A stretch of 64,000 nucleotides of DNA from positions 5,268 through 69,267 of the forward strand of contig JAYTWK010000013.1 of NCBI GenBank assembly GCA_043743715.1, written 5' to 3'. Shown here one piece after another: positions 1-8,458 of this stretch. Position numbers and translations under genes: made by a program. Source of the stretch: a bacterium. Lineage in GTDB: Bacteria > Patescibacteriota > Minisyncoccia > Phycocordibacterales > UBA6899. The notes under the pieces are model-generated. The model had not been told where the DNA came from, ran no database searches, and was given only the letters and a program-made list of their open reading frames with translations. Positions within the stretch are counted from its first letter, which is position 1; every line of letters starts with the position of its first letter.

Positions 1-129
1 GTCTGTAAAGAATCCGAATAAAAAGGATGAGACGGTTTTGCGTGAGCCAAAGAAAATTTTGAAGGAAATGGAGAAATTGGATGGGGAAAGCGCAAGTATT
101 TTGAAAAACCTCACGATGTTAGTCTAGAT
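1..129 (+). CDS. 3' end of an upstream ORF truncated by the window edge (product unknown)
   Basis: Open frame from the window edge to TAG at 127-129 (...KEMEKLDGESASILKNLTMLV*). The next gene starts 5 bp later, so the two are probably co-transcribed. This could be the missing hsdM 3' end, but that cannot be shown. Confidence 0.3.
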
Positions 130-133
130 TCGT

Positions 134-1024
134 ATGAGTAAATTATTCTTTTTTGTTGATGATAGTGGGTCAAAAGATTGGGAAACCCCCTACGCACTCT
201 CTTTCGCTGAAAAACCGCCCGAGCGCACAGATGCCAATCTTAATTTTTGGCGAGGCAATTTTTTTGTTCTCGCTGGCATTCATGTCGAAGGAGGCAGGAT
301 TGCGAGCATCAACCCTAAAATTGATGAAATGAAGCAAGATTTTTTTGGAACTACATTTATTGAAATTAAGTCAGAGTGGTTGCGTAATCCGCATAAAAGA
401 AAAAAGCATTATCTTGAACCATTCAAAAAAACAGAGGAAGAACTCAAGGATTTTGTTGAAAACAAGTGGTATAAATTGTTTGAGAATCACACCAAGGAAA
501 TCCAAATTCAAGCATTTGTCATTGATAAACGCTTTTATAATACAAAGAGATCAAAGGTGACCCCATTTCAGGAGCTTGTTCAAGTGCTCTTTGATCGCGT
601 CGAACTTCATAAAAATTGTGCCTGCACTATTGTGTTTGATCAGATGGATGCCGATATTAAATCCCAGAAGCATCAACAGGGTGAAATTTTCAGCATCTCG
701 CGCAAACAACTTGATCTTGGATCATTGCATGAGAAATATTCCCATACCGAAATTCGATTTGAAAAGTCCCATCATTCAAACTTTCTCCAACTCGCGGACA
801 CTGCGGCATACAACGTGTTTCGCCAATTTGTACAACACGGGGATAGCTGGGAAGGTGCGGACGGAGATACACTCAAAGAATATGCGTATTTTTCAAAAAT
901 CCTTCCGAATTTTTACACCAAGCACGGAGTGGTCGCCGGATACGGCTTGGTAAAAGTTCCTGATACGAAAAAGATTAGATGGAGCCACAATACTGATGCA
1001 CAAAAAAACCCCACAAATCTGTGA
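134..1024 (+). CDS. DUF3800-like protein (defense-island associated)
   Basis: The N-terminus MSKLFFFVDDSGSKD resembles the DUF3800 hallmark (hydrophobic run plus D-[DE]-S-G). Length is 296 aa. It sits immediately upstream of type I R-M genes. Confidence 0.45.
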   Translation: MSKLFFFVDDSGSKDWETPYALSFAEKPPERTDANLNFWRGNFFVLAGIHVEGGRIASINPKIDEMKQDFFGTTFIEIKSEWLRNPHKRKKHYLEPFKKTEEELKDFVENKWYKLFENHTKEIQIQAFVIDKRFYNTKRSKVTPFQELVQVLFDRVELHKNCACTIVFDQMDADIKSQKHQQGEIFSISRKQLDLGSLHEKYSHTEIRFEKSHHSNFLQLADTAAYNVFRQFVQHGDSWEGADGDTLKEYAYFSKILPNFYTKHGVVAGYGLVKVPDTKKIRWSHNTDAQKNPTNL

Positions 1025-1144
1025 GGTGCTTTTGGGGTCAGTTCCTTGCGGTCCCACCATTCGCTGAGAGGGTGGCTAGGCGTTTCGGCCAACCGACCAA
1101 TTTGACTGTAGCAGATATTAGGGAGAAAATCAAGGCTATCCACA

Positions 1145-1193
1145 CTCGCCCGTTGCTACAGTTCCTGTTACAGGAACTGTAGCAACGGGCGAG
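1145..1193. repeat. Perfect 24-bp-arm inverted repeat (hairpin or recombination site) downstream of the DUF3800 gene
   Basis: ctcgcccgttgctacagttcctgt-t-acaggaactgtagcaacgggcgag read directly. No U-tract follows on either strand, so it is not a classical intrinsic terminator. Confidence 0.6.
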
Positions 1194-1356
1194 GCAAAAG
1201 TCAAAAATAGAGCCACCGTTTGCGTGGTGAATAGTGCGAAAGAAAGCGAAGAACTTGAGATAAATGATTTGCTCGAAAACATAAGGATTCTTCTTCATTA
1301 TATCAAAAAACAGCGACAAAAACACATGAAAACTAATTGGCAATCAAAAAAACTTT

Positions 1357-1827
1357 ATGTCTAACATTTTATCCATAATTGCGGTCGCAGTTCTTGGTGT
1401 TTTTGGCAATATCGCATATTTCGAGTATCAAACAAAAAAGAAAACATCCAAGGATTTATTAAAGCAAAGACTCACAAATCTTCTTTTGCCTTTATATGTT
1501 ATTTTGCACTTGGAAGAAATTTCTACAGACGCTTGGGCAAGGTCACCGGACGGTGATTACGCTGATGTTCATTCAGAATTACCAAACAGAATTTTATCTC
1601 CCATTGAAAAAGTCATTAAAGAAAATATTTACCTTGCAAGCGACACATTGCACGAAGCTTGCATAGATTTTTTACAATGGGCATACGGTAGTGATACTAA
1701 TGAAAGGTTTCAAAAATTAATGTCTGGGAATTTTGATTTCGCAATACAAGATAAAGATTTTAAGAAGTTTTATGACGTAGTAGTTCGAGAATATAATGAG
1801 GCACGTCATGAATACATAAAAAAGTAG
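1357..1827 (+). CDS. Hypothetical membrane-anchored protein, translationally coupled to hsdS
   Basis: N-terminal hydrophobic helix (ILSIIAVAVLGVFGNIAYF). Its stop at 1825-1827 lies 1 bp from the hsdS ATG at 1829. No recognisable domain. Confidence 0.45.
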   Translation: MSNILSIIAVAVLGVFGNIAYFEYQTKKKTSKDLLKQRLTNLLLPLYVILHLEEISTDAWARSPDGDYADVHSELPNRILSPIEKVIKENIYLASDTLHEACIDFLQWAYGSDTNERFQKLMSGNFDFAIQDKDFKKFYDVVVREYNEARHEYIKK

Positions 1828-1828
1828 T

Positions 1829-3013
1829 ATGATTTGGCAAACAAAAAAACTTGGTGATGTATGCGATCTTGCAACTGGGGGAACACCGAGTAGAGCAAAA
1901 CCGCACTATTTTGATGGCGATATTAAATGGTTACTATCTGGTGATATTCATCAAGGAGAAATTTTTGATTGTGAGGCCAGAATAACCCCTGAAGGTATGG
2001 ACAATTCAAATGCAAAGATATTGCCTCTCAATTCAGTGCTAATTGCACTAAATGGGCAGGGTAAGACTCGGGGTACCGTGGCATTACTCAGAACAAAAGC
2101 CACATGCAATCAATCATTAGTGAGTATTTCCCCCAAAGTTTCTTCGGCTCTTTTGCCAGAGTTTCTTTATTTAAATTTGCACGGACGATACGAAGAGATT
2201 AGGAAAATGACGGGTGACACAGGGAACGATCGTCGAGGATTAAACATGTTAATAATTCGCAATATTAAAATTTCTGTACCGCCTATTCCAGAGCAAAAGC
2301 GCATTGTGAAGACTCTTGATGATGTCTTTAAGAAACTAGCGGAGGCGAAGGAGAATGCGGAAAAGAACTTACAGAACTCAAAAGAGCTTTTTGAGTCGTA
2401 TTTGAATAATGTCTTTGCGAATCCAGCTAAGGATTGGGAGGAGAAAAATCTTGATGAAGTATGTGTTATTTCCTCTAAACTCATTGATCCGCGTGAGAAA
2501 AAATATATTGACTTAATACATGTCGGTGCAGGAAATATTGAAACAATGTCCGGTCATTTGATTGAGTTAAAGACTGCACAAATAGAAAAGCTTATTTCAG
2601 GGAAGTTTTTGTTCAATGATAAAATGGTCTTATACAGCAAGATTCGTCCTTATTTGATGAAAGTCGTACGACCAGATTTTGACGGTTTGTGTAGTGCGGA
2701 CATTTACCCACTTCTACCACGCGAGAAGATATTGTCTCGAGATTTTCTTTATTATCTGCTTCTTTCGTGTGAGTTTACGAAGTACGCTATTTCGGGTTCA
2801 GGTAGAGCCGGTATGCCAAAAGTAAATCGTGAGCATCTTTTTGCTTTTACTTTCTTTCTACCGCCACTCTTGGAACAAAATGAAATTGTAAAAAAACTTG
2901 ATGCACTTTCGGCAGAGACAAACAAGCTAGGAAAGATCTACAAACAAAAGCTGACGGATTTGGAGGAGCTAAAAAAGTCGGTTTTGAGTAAGGCTTTTAC
3001 GGGCGAGTTGTAG
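1829..3013 (+). CDS. hsdS: Type I restriction-modification specificity subunit HsdS
   Basis: Two target-recognition domains separated by conserved helical regions (e.g. ...IPEQKRIVKTLDDVFKKLAEAKENAEKNL... and ...LLEQNEIVKKLDALSAETNKLGKIYKQKL...). 394 aa. Confidence 0.85.
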   Translation: MIWQTKKLGDVCDLATGGTPSRAKPHYFDGDIKWLLSGDIHQGEIFDCEARITPEGMDNSNAKILPLNSVLIALNGQGKTRGTVALLRTKATCNQSLVSISPKVSSALLPEFLYLNLHGRYEEIRKMTGDTGNDRRGLNMLIIRNIKISVPPIPEQKRIVKTLDDVFKKLAEAKENAEKNLQNSKELFESYLNNVFANPAKDWEEKNLDEVCVISSKLIDPREKKYIDLIHVGAGNIETMSGHLIELKTAQIEKLISGKFLFNDKMVLYSKIRPYLMKVVRPDFDGLCSADIYPLLPREKILSRDFLYYLLLSCEFTKYAISGSGRAGMPKVNREHLFAFTFFLPPLLEQNEIVKKLDALSAETNKLGKIYKQKLTDLEELKKSVLSKAFTGEL

Positions 3014-3085
3014 ACAATAATCGTTAAAAACTCGTTTTTTTATAGCATTTTAACGATTATGTTGTAATATTCGTTAAAAATGTGT
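2975..3085. repeat. Direct repeat copy A (hsdS 3' end plus hsdS-fic intergenic region); copy B at 8207-8315
   Basis: About 85-90% identical over about 110 bp to 8207-8315. Contains an internal 13-bp inverted repeat ataatcgttaaaa ... ttttaacgattat. Confidence 0.7.
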
Positions 3086-3090
3086 ATAAT
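3062..3090 (+). promoter_or_regulatory. Sigma70-like promoter for fic-hsdR (TTGTAA - 17 bp - TGnTATAAT), probably a leaderless or very short-leader mRNA
   Basis: ttgtaa at 3062-3067 and an extended -10 tgtgtataat at 3081-3090. The ATG of fic at 3097 lies 7 nt after the -10. The inverted repeat immediately upstream could be an operator. Confidence 0.35.
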
Positions 3091-3096
3091 AAGCAC

Positions 3097-3984
3097 ATGG
3101 CTCGTACAAACCATACGTTTAGCGCGATTCAGTCGCTCCGAGAGAGATATCACAAAGCTTTGCCTGGCAAAGAAGCTTTGATGCGCGTGGTGGGTGAGGC
3201 AGAGATACCAGAGCACGTCTACAACTCAAATGCGATTGAAAATAGCACCCTTACACTTGAGGAGACAGAGAAGATACTTCTTCAGATTGACCTCGATCGC
3301 TATGTGAGCGAGCGCGAGATCTTTGAGGCCAAGAATCTGGCGCGAGTCACGTCCTATATTGAGCAGAAGGCAAAAGAAGCTGAGTTGTCAAAAGAAATCA
3401 TGCTCTTTCTGCATAAGATGCTCATCGGCAACATCCACGATGAGATCGCTGGTCGATTTCGTACCACAGGTGAATGGGTGCGGGTAGGTGCACATATCGG
3501 CGCTGACCCTATGGAAGTAGTGAGCTTACTTACCGATATGTTGAGCACTTATACTGCAGATGCCACAAGTACCATCGTGGAGCGCATAGCGCGTTTCCAC
3601 CTCACGTTCGAAAATATTCACCCATTTTGTGATGGGAATGGCCGTATTGGTCGTGTGGCAAATAACTATCTACTTATTCGCGAGGGGTATACGCCCATCA
3701 ATATTGCGTTTATCAATCGTGCAGAGTACTACGATGCGTTCAAAGAATTTGAATCGAAAGAAAGTACAAAAATTATGGAGGAGATCGTCGGCCAAGCACT
3801 CGCCAATAGCTTGCACAAGCGACTTGCGTATTTGGAGGGTAAAGAGATTATTACACTCAACGAATATGCAAAACGTCACAAGCTCGTACATGCCAATCTC
3901 ATCAACAAAGCCAAGCGTCAGACCATAGAAGCCTTTCTTGAAAATGGTGTTTGGAAAATAGGTGTTGATCAAAAGAAACAGTAA
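3097..3984 (+). CDS. fic: Fic/DOC family protein
   Basis: Canonical Fic motif HPFCDGNGRIGR (HPFx[DE]GNGR). The ORF track begins at GTG 3082, but the ATG at 3097 (MARTNHTF) is preferred. Confidence 0.85.
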   Translation: MARTNHTFSAIQSLRERYHKALPGKEALMRVVGEAEIPEHVYNSNAIENSTLTLEETEKILLQIDLDRYVSEREIFEAKNLARVTSYIEQKAKEAELSKEIMLFLHKMLIGNIHDEIAGRFRTTGEWVRVGAHIGADPMEVVSLLTDMLSTYTADATSTIVERIARFHLTFENIHPFCDGNGRIGRVANNYLLIREGYTPINIAFINRAEYYDAFKEFESKESTKIMEEIVGQALANSLHKRLAYLEGKEIITLNEYAKRHKLVHANLINKAKRQTIEAFLENGVWKIGVDQKKQ

Positions 3985-3985
3985 T

Positions 3986-6307
3986 ATGAACGAATCTGAA
4001 ACACGAGCTGAATATATAGACCCGATGCTTAAAGCAAGCGGATGGGATGTGATGGACGGGTCACGAGTCTTGCGTGAGTTTCGTATAACTGATGGTAAAA
4101 TCCAGACTGGTGGAAAACGAAGCAACCCAGAGATCGCTGACTATATACTCGTATACAAGAATCGCAAGATTGGCGTCATAGAAGCAAAGGCAGTTGATCT
4201 ACCGGCAACCGAGGGGGTGGCACAAGCCAAGTCGTATGCGGAGAAACTGCATATTGACTACACCTACGCGACGAATGGCAAAGAGATATACCAGATCTCA
4301 ATGAAGTCTGGACAGGAGGGCGAAATAAAAACATTCCCTACGCCTGACGAACTGTGGGCAAAGACCTTTTCAGATCAGAATGAATGGAAGGAAAAGTTTG
4401 CGTCCATCCCCACGGAGGGCGGCAAAAGCATGCGTTATTACCAAGAGCTTGCAATCAATAATGCTCTCGATGCTGTGGCAGAAGAAAAGACACGCATACT
4501 GATTACGATGGCGACTGGCACAGGCAAGACCGCTGTGGCGGCACAGATTGCATGGAAGCTATTTCAGGCGAGGTGGAATCTTAAGAGAGATGGCACACGC
4601 AGACCGAGAATACTCTTTTTGGCCGACAGAAACATCCTTGCTGATCAGGCGTTTGGTAATGACTTCGCTATCTTCCCTAGTGATGCACGAATACGCATAA
4701 ATCCCCTTGATATACGGAAGAAAGGAGGTGTGCCAATGGGTGGCAGTATCTACTTCACGATATTCCAGACATTTATGAGTGGTGCGAATAATGCTCCATA
4801 CTTTGGGGAATATCCGCCAAATTTCTTTGATCTCATCATCATTGACGAGTGCCATCGTGGCGGTGCAAATGATGAAGGGAACTGGCGAGGGATACTCGAG
4901 TACTTTGCTCCTGCCGTACAACTTGGTCTCACTGCTACACCAAAACGAAAAGATAACGTAGACACCTACAAATATTTTGGCGAACCAGTGTATATCTATT
5001 CCCTCAAGGAGGGTGTGAATGATGGATTCCTTACGCCATTTAAGGTGAAGCGTGTGAAGACTACCCTTGATGACTATGTTTTTACTTCCGACGACCAGAT
5101 TATTGAGGGTGAAGTTGAAGAAGGCAAGATCTACGAAGAGGCTGACTTCAATAAGATAATCGTTATCAAGGAACGTGAAGCAAAACGAGTTCGAGTTGTA
5201 TTGGACGAGATCAATCAGGATGAGAAAACCATCGTGTTTTGTGCCACAGAAGATCATGCGCTCGCCGTAAGAGATTTGATCAATCAGATGAAAAAAAGTG
5301 AAAATCCTTTTTATTGTGTCCGCGTGACTTCTCAAGAGGGGGCTCGTGGTGATCAGTATTTGCGAGAATTTCAAGACAACGAGAAGACTATTCCAACGAT
5401 ACTGACGACATCGCAGAAGCTTTCGACTGGTGTAGACGCAAGAAATATTCGCAATATTGTGCTCATGCGACCAGTTAACTCCATGATCGAGTTTAAGCAG
5501 ATCATCGGACGTGGCACACGACTCTTTGACGGCAAGGAATACTTTACTGTTTACGACTTCGTTGATGCGTACCACCATTTTGCTGACCCGCAGTGGGATG
5601 GCGAACCTTCAGAAGTAGTAGACGTGACCGAGACTGACCCAAAACCACCAAAGGAACTGGAAGTGCCCAAAGAACCGCCAGCATCACCTGAACCACCGGA
5701 AGGGCCGAAAAGGAAGCTCAAGATCAAACTTCGTGATGGTAAAGAGCGTGAGATACAACACATGATTGCTACATCTTTCTGGGGTGCAAATGGTAAACCT
5801 GTTTCGGTACAGGAATTCATGGACAACATGTTTGGTGCTATGCCGGAATTCTTTAAGAGCGAGGAAGAGTTGAGGAAAATTTGGTCTGATCCGGTTACTC
5901 GCAAAACATTTCTCGATAAGATCGCCGAGAAGGGGTACGGCATAGACGAGCTTGAACAACTCCAGAAACTTATCGACGCCGAGCAAAGTGACCTTTTTGA
6001 TGTTCTCGCCTATGTTTCGTTTATGACCGAGCCGATTACGAGAGAGAGGCGTGTCGAAGAATCCAAAGCAGAAATACTTGAAGGACTCGATGTAAAACAT
6101 CGGGAATTTTTGGAATTTGTCTTGTCGAAGTATAAAGAGAGGGGTGTTGAAGAACTTAACGAGGAGAAGCTACCGGTACTGCTCAATCTCAAGTACAACT
6201 CCCCGGCTGATGCCCTGAACATTCTCGGTGATGTTGAGAATATCCGCTCAACATTCTTTGACTTCCAAAAAAGTCTTTACGCCAAACACACTCCATTCGC
6301 ATCCTAA
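3986..6307 (+). CDS. hsdR: Type I restriction enzyme R subunit HsdR (EcoEI-like C-terminus)
   Basis: N-terminal HsdR_N nuclease region (MNESETRAEYIDP...IADYILVYKNRKIGVIEAK). SF2 helicase motifs ITMATGTGKT (Walker A) and IIIDECHRG (DEAH/DECH). C-terminal EcoEI_R_C-like domain. Confidence 0.85.
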   Translation: MNESETRAEYIDPMLKASGWDVMDGSRVLREFRITDGKIQTGGKRSNPEIADYILVYKNRKIGVIEAKAVDLPATEGVAQAKSYAEKLHIDYTYATNGKEIYQISMKSGQEGEIKTFPTPDELWAKTFSDQNEWKEKFASIPTEGGKSMRYYQELAINNALDAVAEEKTRILITMATGTGKTAVAAQIAWKLFQARWNLKRDGTRRPRILFLADRNILADQAFGNDFAIFPSDARIRINPLDIRKKGGVPMGGSIYFTIFQTFMSGANNAPYFGEYPPNFFDLIIIDECHRGGANDEGNWRGILEYFAPAVQLGLTATPKRKDNVDTYKYFGEPVYIYSLKEGVNDGFLTPFKVKRVKTTLDDYVFTSDDQIIEGEVEEGKIYEEADFNKIIVIKEREAKRVRVVLDEINQDEKTIVFCATEDHALAVRDLINQMKKSENPFYCVRVTSQEGARGDQYLREFQDNEKTIPTILTTSQKLSTGVDARNIRNIVLMRPVNSMIEFKQIIGRGTRLFDGKEYFTVYDFVDAYHHFADPQWDGEPSEVVDVTETDPKPPKELEVPKEPPASPEPPEGPKRKLKIKLRDGKEREIQHMIATSFWGANGKPVSVQEFMDNMFGAMPEFFKSEEELRKIWSDPVTRKTFLDKIAEKGYGIDELEQLQKLIDAEQSDLFDVLAYVSFMTEPITRERRVEESKAEILEGLDVKHREFLEFVLSKYKERGVEELNEEKLPVLLNLKYNSPADALNILGDVENIRSTFFDFQKSLYAKHTPFAS

Positions 6308-6585
6308 TTCTTATCCGAGTTGATACTGATGATCTTGTTCTTGAGTAAAATTTTGCCCTTGAGACATCCCAGTAGCTCCCTCTTTTCAACATCCGATCCA
6401 TCACGGGGGATGTATTTCGCGTAGTTGCGAATATCAATATCTTTCACGACGATATTCTTCCTAACCCCAAGCACTCCTTGTTGAAACTTTTTGATTCGCT
6501 CTACCTCATGCCTTATCTTCTCGCGTATGCCGATCTCGAAGAACTCAAAAATCCGTGCTAAAAAGCGTTTGCGGGGGAGTTGTAA
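6304..6585 (-). pseudogene. 93-codon open frame lacking a canonical start, convergent with and overlapping the hsdR stop; possible degraded HEPN-like gene
   Basis: Manual minus-strand translation gives ...FLARIFEFFEIGIREKIRHEVERIKKFQQGVLGVRKNIVVKDIDIRNYAKYIPRDGSDVEKRELLGCLKGKILLKNKIISINSDKN*. REKIRH fits the R-x4-H pattern of HEPN domains. No ATG start; a GTG gives only 57 aa. Confidence 0.2.
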
Positions 6586-6586
6586 T

Positions 6587-6617
6587 CAGACATCCGCACC
6601 AATGGTGCGGATGTCTG
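6587..6617. repeat. 14-bp-arm inverted repeat cagacatccgcacc-aat-ggtgcggatgtctg
   Basis: Read directly. Lies between the hsdR 3' end and the HTH-Panacea gene, and overlaps the junction of the degraded minus-strand frames. Confidence 0.5.
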
Positions 6618-6996
6618 TGAGCGAGAGGTGTACCTTTCTGGCGCAGTAGGGAAATGGGGATTGCTCAAGATTACATTTCCCGATGCTCTACATAAACCAG
6701 TACGTTTGCTCAGGAGCCTCTTACGATTTCTTTGCTCTATTTCCAAGAGCAGATGCGGCAATCTGCTTTGATTTTCGACTCGACGCGGGGCTTCGCAGCG
6801 CGCGCGACGCATAGCTTGCGACTCCCTTTCCTGTGCGAATTCCATTTGGTTTTCCCATGTTTGTGTTGTTGTGAAATCGTTAATAAATCGACTCGACCTT
6901 GCTCAACAACCCCAGTGTACGCTTCGCTTTTATGATGTCAATATATTAAACATTAAAGTGGTTGACTTTTTGACATTTCGGGGATATCCTTTGTTT

Positions 6997-7803
6997 ATGA
7001 CTACTTCACACACCCTTATTCGCTCGCTTCGTGCGAAGCGAGAAATTTCCCAACTCGAGATTGCCGAAGCACTCGGGATTTCGCGCACATCCTATCTTGC
7101 CTTTGAGCAGGGGAAGCGCGAGCTGACTCTTGCGGAGGCGAACCGTCTTGGTGAAATCTTTCAGATCTCACTTGATGATATTCAGACGGGGAAAATTCAA
7201 ATAACAGAGGTTGTACTCAAGAAAAAGTCTCCTTCGGTAAAATCAACAAAAAGGGATCTGAGTGATCCGACTCCCGAGGAGCGCATTGCTGTCCCACAGG
7301 AGCATGTTGAAAAATTCAAGCAGGTACTCTTGTATATTCTGGCGAAAGTAGGAGGCAAACCCAATGTGGGGCAGACTGTGCTCTATAAAATACTCTATTT
7401 TATCGACTTTGATTACTATGAGAAATTTGAAGAGCAGCTCATTGGTGCGCGGTATATGAAAAATACTCATGGGCCTACGCCAATTATCTTCCCAAAGATC
7501 ATCAAAGAACTCGAAGACGAAGGTGCTCTGGAGGCTCTCAAGAGTAAATTCTATAAATACGACCAGACAAAGTATCTCATCAATCCAAATATTGCGATCA
7601 ACCTCTCTACGCTCTCCGCCCAAGAACTTGCGCACATTGATGAAGAACTCAATAGACTCTCCGATATGACTGCCAAGAAAATATCCGATCTGTCGCACAT
7701 CGATACTCCATGGAAGCTCGCGAAAGAAAAAGAAGTGCTTGGTTACGAGTTTGTTTTTTATCGCCCGGATGAAACATCAGTAAGAGAGTATGAGCCACTT
7801 TAA
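6997..7803 (+). CDS. HTH-XRE / Panacea (DUF4065, SocA-like) domain protein, putative antitoxin
   Basis: N-terminal XRE HTH (LRAKREISQLEIAEALGISRTSYLAFEQGKRELTLAEANRLGEIF). C-terminal LYKILYFIDFDYYEKFEEQLIGARYMKNTHGPTP matches the K-L-x-K-L-L-Y-F-x-D core of DUF4065/Panacea. Start chosen at ATG 6997; the ORF track starts at 6871. Confidence 0.55.
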   Translation: MTTSHTLIRSLRAKREISQLEIAEALGISRTSYLAFEQGKRELTLAEANRLGEIFQISLDDIQTGKIQITEVVLKKKSPSVKSTKRDLSDPTPEERIAVPQEHVEKFKQVLLYILAKVGGKPNVGQTVLYKILYFIDFDYYEKFEEQLIGARYMKNTHGPTPIIFPKIIKELEDEGALEALKSKFYKYDQTKYLINPNIAINLSTLSAQELAHIDEELNRLSDMTAKKISDLSHIDTPWKLAKEKEVLGYEFVFYRPDETSVREYEPL

Positions 7804-8140
7804 GCAACTACCTGAATTTTCAAAAGAATTTCTGCGTCTTTTGAAAAAATACAGAAGCTTGGAGGAGGATATCAAAATTTTCGAGCGCTTCGTTGCTGCG
7901 AACCCCACCGGTCTGGGTAAAAATTTCACCATTATTCATAGCAGTGAAGAAGTGAAGATCGTGAAGGCAAGAATGATGTGTACATCACTAAAGGAGCGAT
8001 CTATGCGGATTGTCTATGCTCATCATGAAGGTACGCTCACGTTTGTGCATATAGAAATCTACTTCAAGGGAGATAAAGAAAATGAGGATCGTCTGCGGGT
8101 CAAGGCGTATGTGGACTCACTAAAAAAGCCTAGCAAATAA
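7790..8140 (+). CDS. RelE/ParE-superfamily (HigB-like) toxin candidate
   Basis: 116 aa, overlapping the upstream gene by 14 bp. The C-terminal pattern ...KARMMCTSLKERSMRIVYAHHEGTLTFVHIEIYFKGDKE resembles RelE/HigB (...R.R...YRIIY....I.LV.V.F.K). Confidence 0.4.
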   Translation: MSHFKQLPEFSKEFLRLLKKYRSLEEDIKIFERFVAANPTGLGKNFTIIHSSEEVKIVKARMMCTSLKERSMRIVYAHHEGTLTFVHIEIYFKGDKENEDRLRVKAYVDSLKKPSK

Positions 8141-8163
8141 ATATTTTTGTGGTATAGTTTTTT

Positions 8164-8250
8164 ATGAACGAATCAGAAACACGAGCGGAATTCATAGACC
8201 CAAAGCACAAAAAATCGGTCTTGAACGAAGCATTTAAGGGGGAGTTGTAG
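8164..8250 (+). pseudogene. Recombination scar: chimeric hsdR 5' end fused to hsdS 3' end (29 codons)
   Basis: atgaacgaatcagaaacacgagcggaattcatagaccc (MNESETRAEFIDP, about 90% identical to the hsdR start at 3986) joins in frame to ...KSVLNEAFKGEL* (the hsdS C-terminus is ...KKSVLSKAFTGEL*). Confidence 0.6.
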
Positions 8251-8315
8251 GCAATAATCGTTAAAATCACGCTTTTTTATAGCATTTTAACGATTATGTT
8301 GTGAGATTCGTTAAT
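8207..8315. repeat. Direct repeat copy B of the hsdS-3' / intergenic segment
   Basis: Aligns with 2975-3085 (aagggggagttgtaggcaataatcgttaaaatcacgcttttttatagcattttaacgattatgttgtgagattcgttaa) and keeps the 13-bp inverted repeat. Confidence 0.7.
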
Positions 8316-8458
8316 ATCGGTAGATTTTCGAGTTTCTGCGTTTGCATAGTGAGAAAAATACCTGACACCTTTCTCCCCCCTGTCGAACTTTCCTCGGACA
8401 GTACTGCGTATTGCCTTGGTCCCAACGTTGTGACCAAAATTGAGATCCTTTTGTCAGA

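Noticed and set aside
6558-6845. 95-aa minus-strand ORF downstream of hsdR
   Set aside because: Arg-rich nonsense translation. Probably the out-of-frame 5' part of the degraded convergent gene, not a functional CDS.
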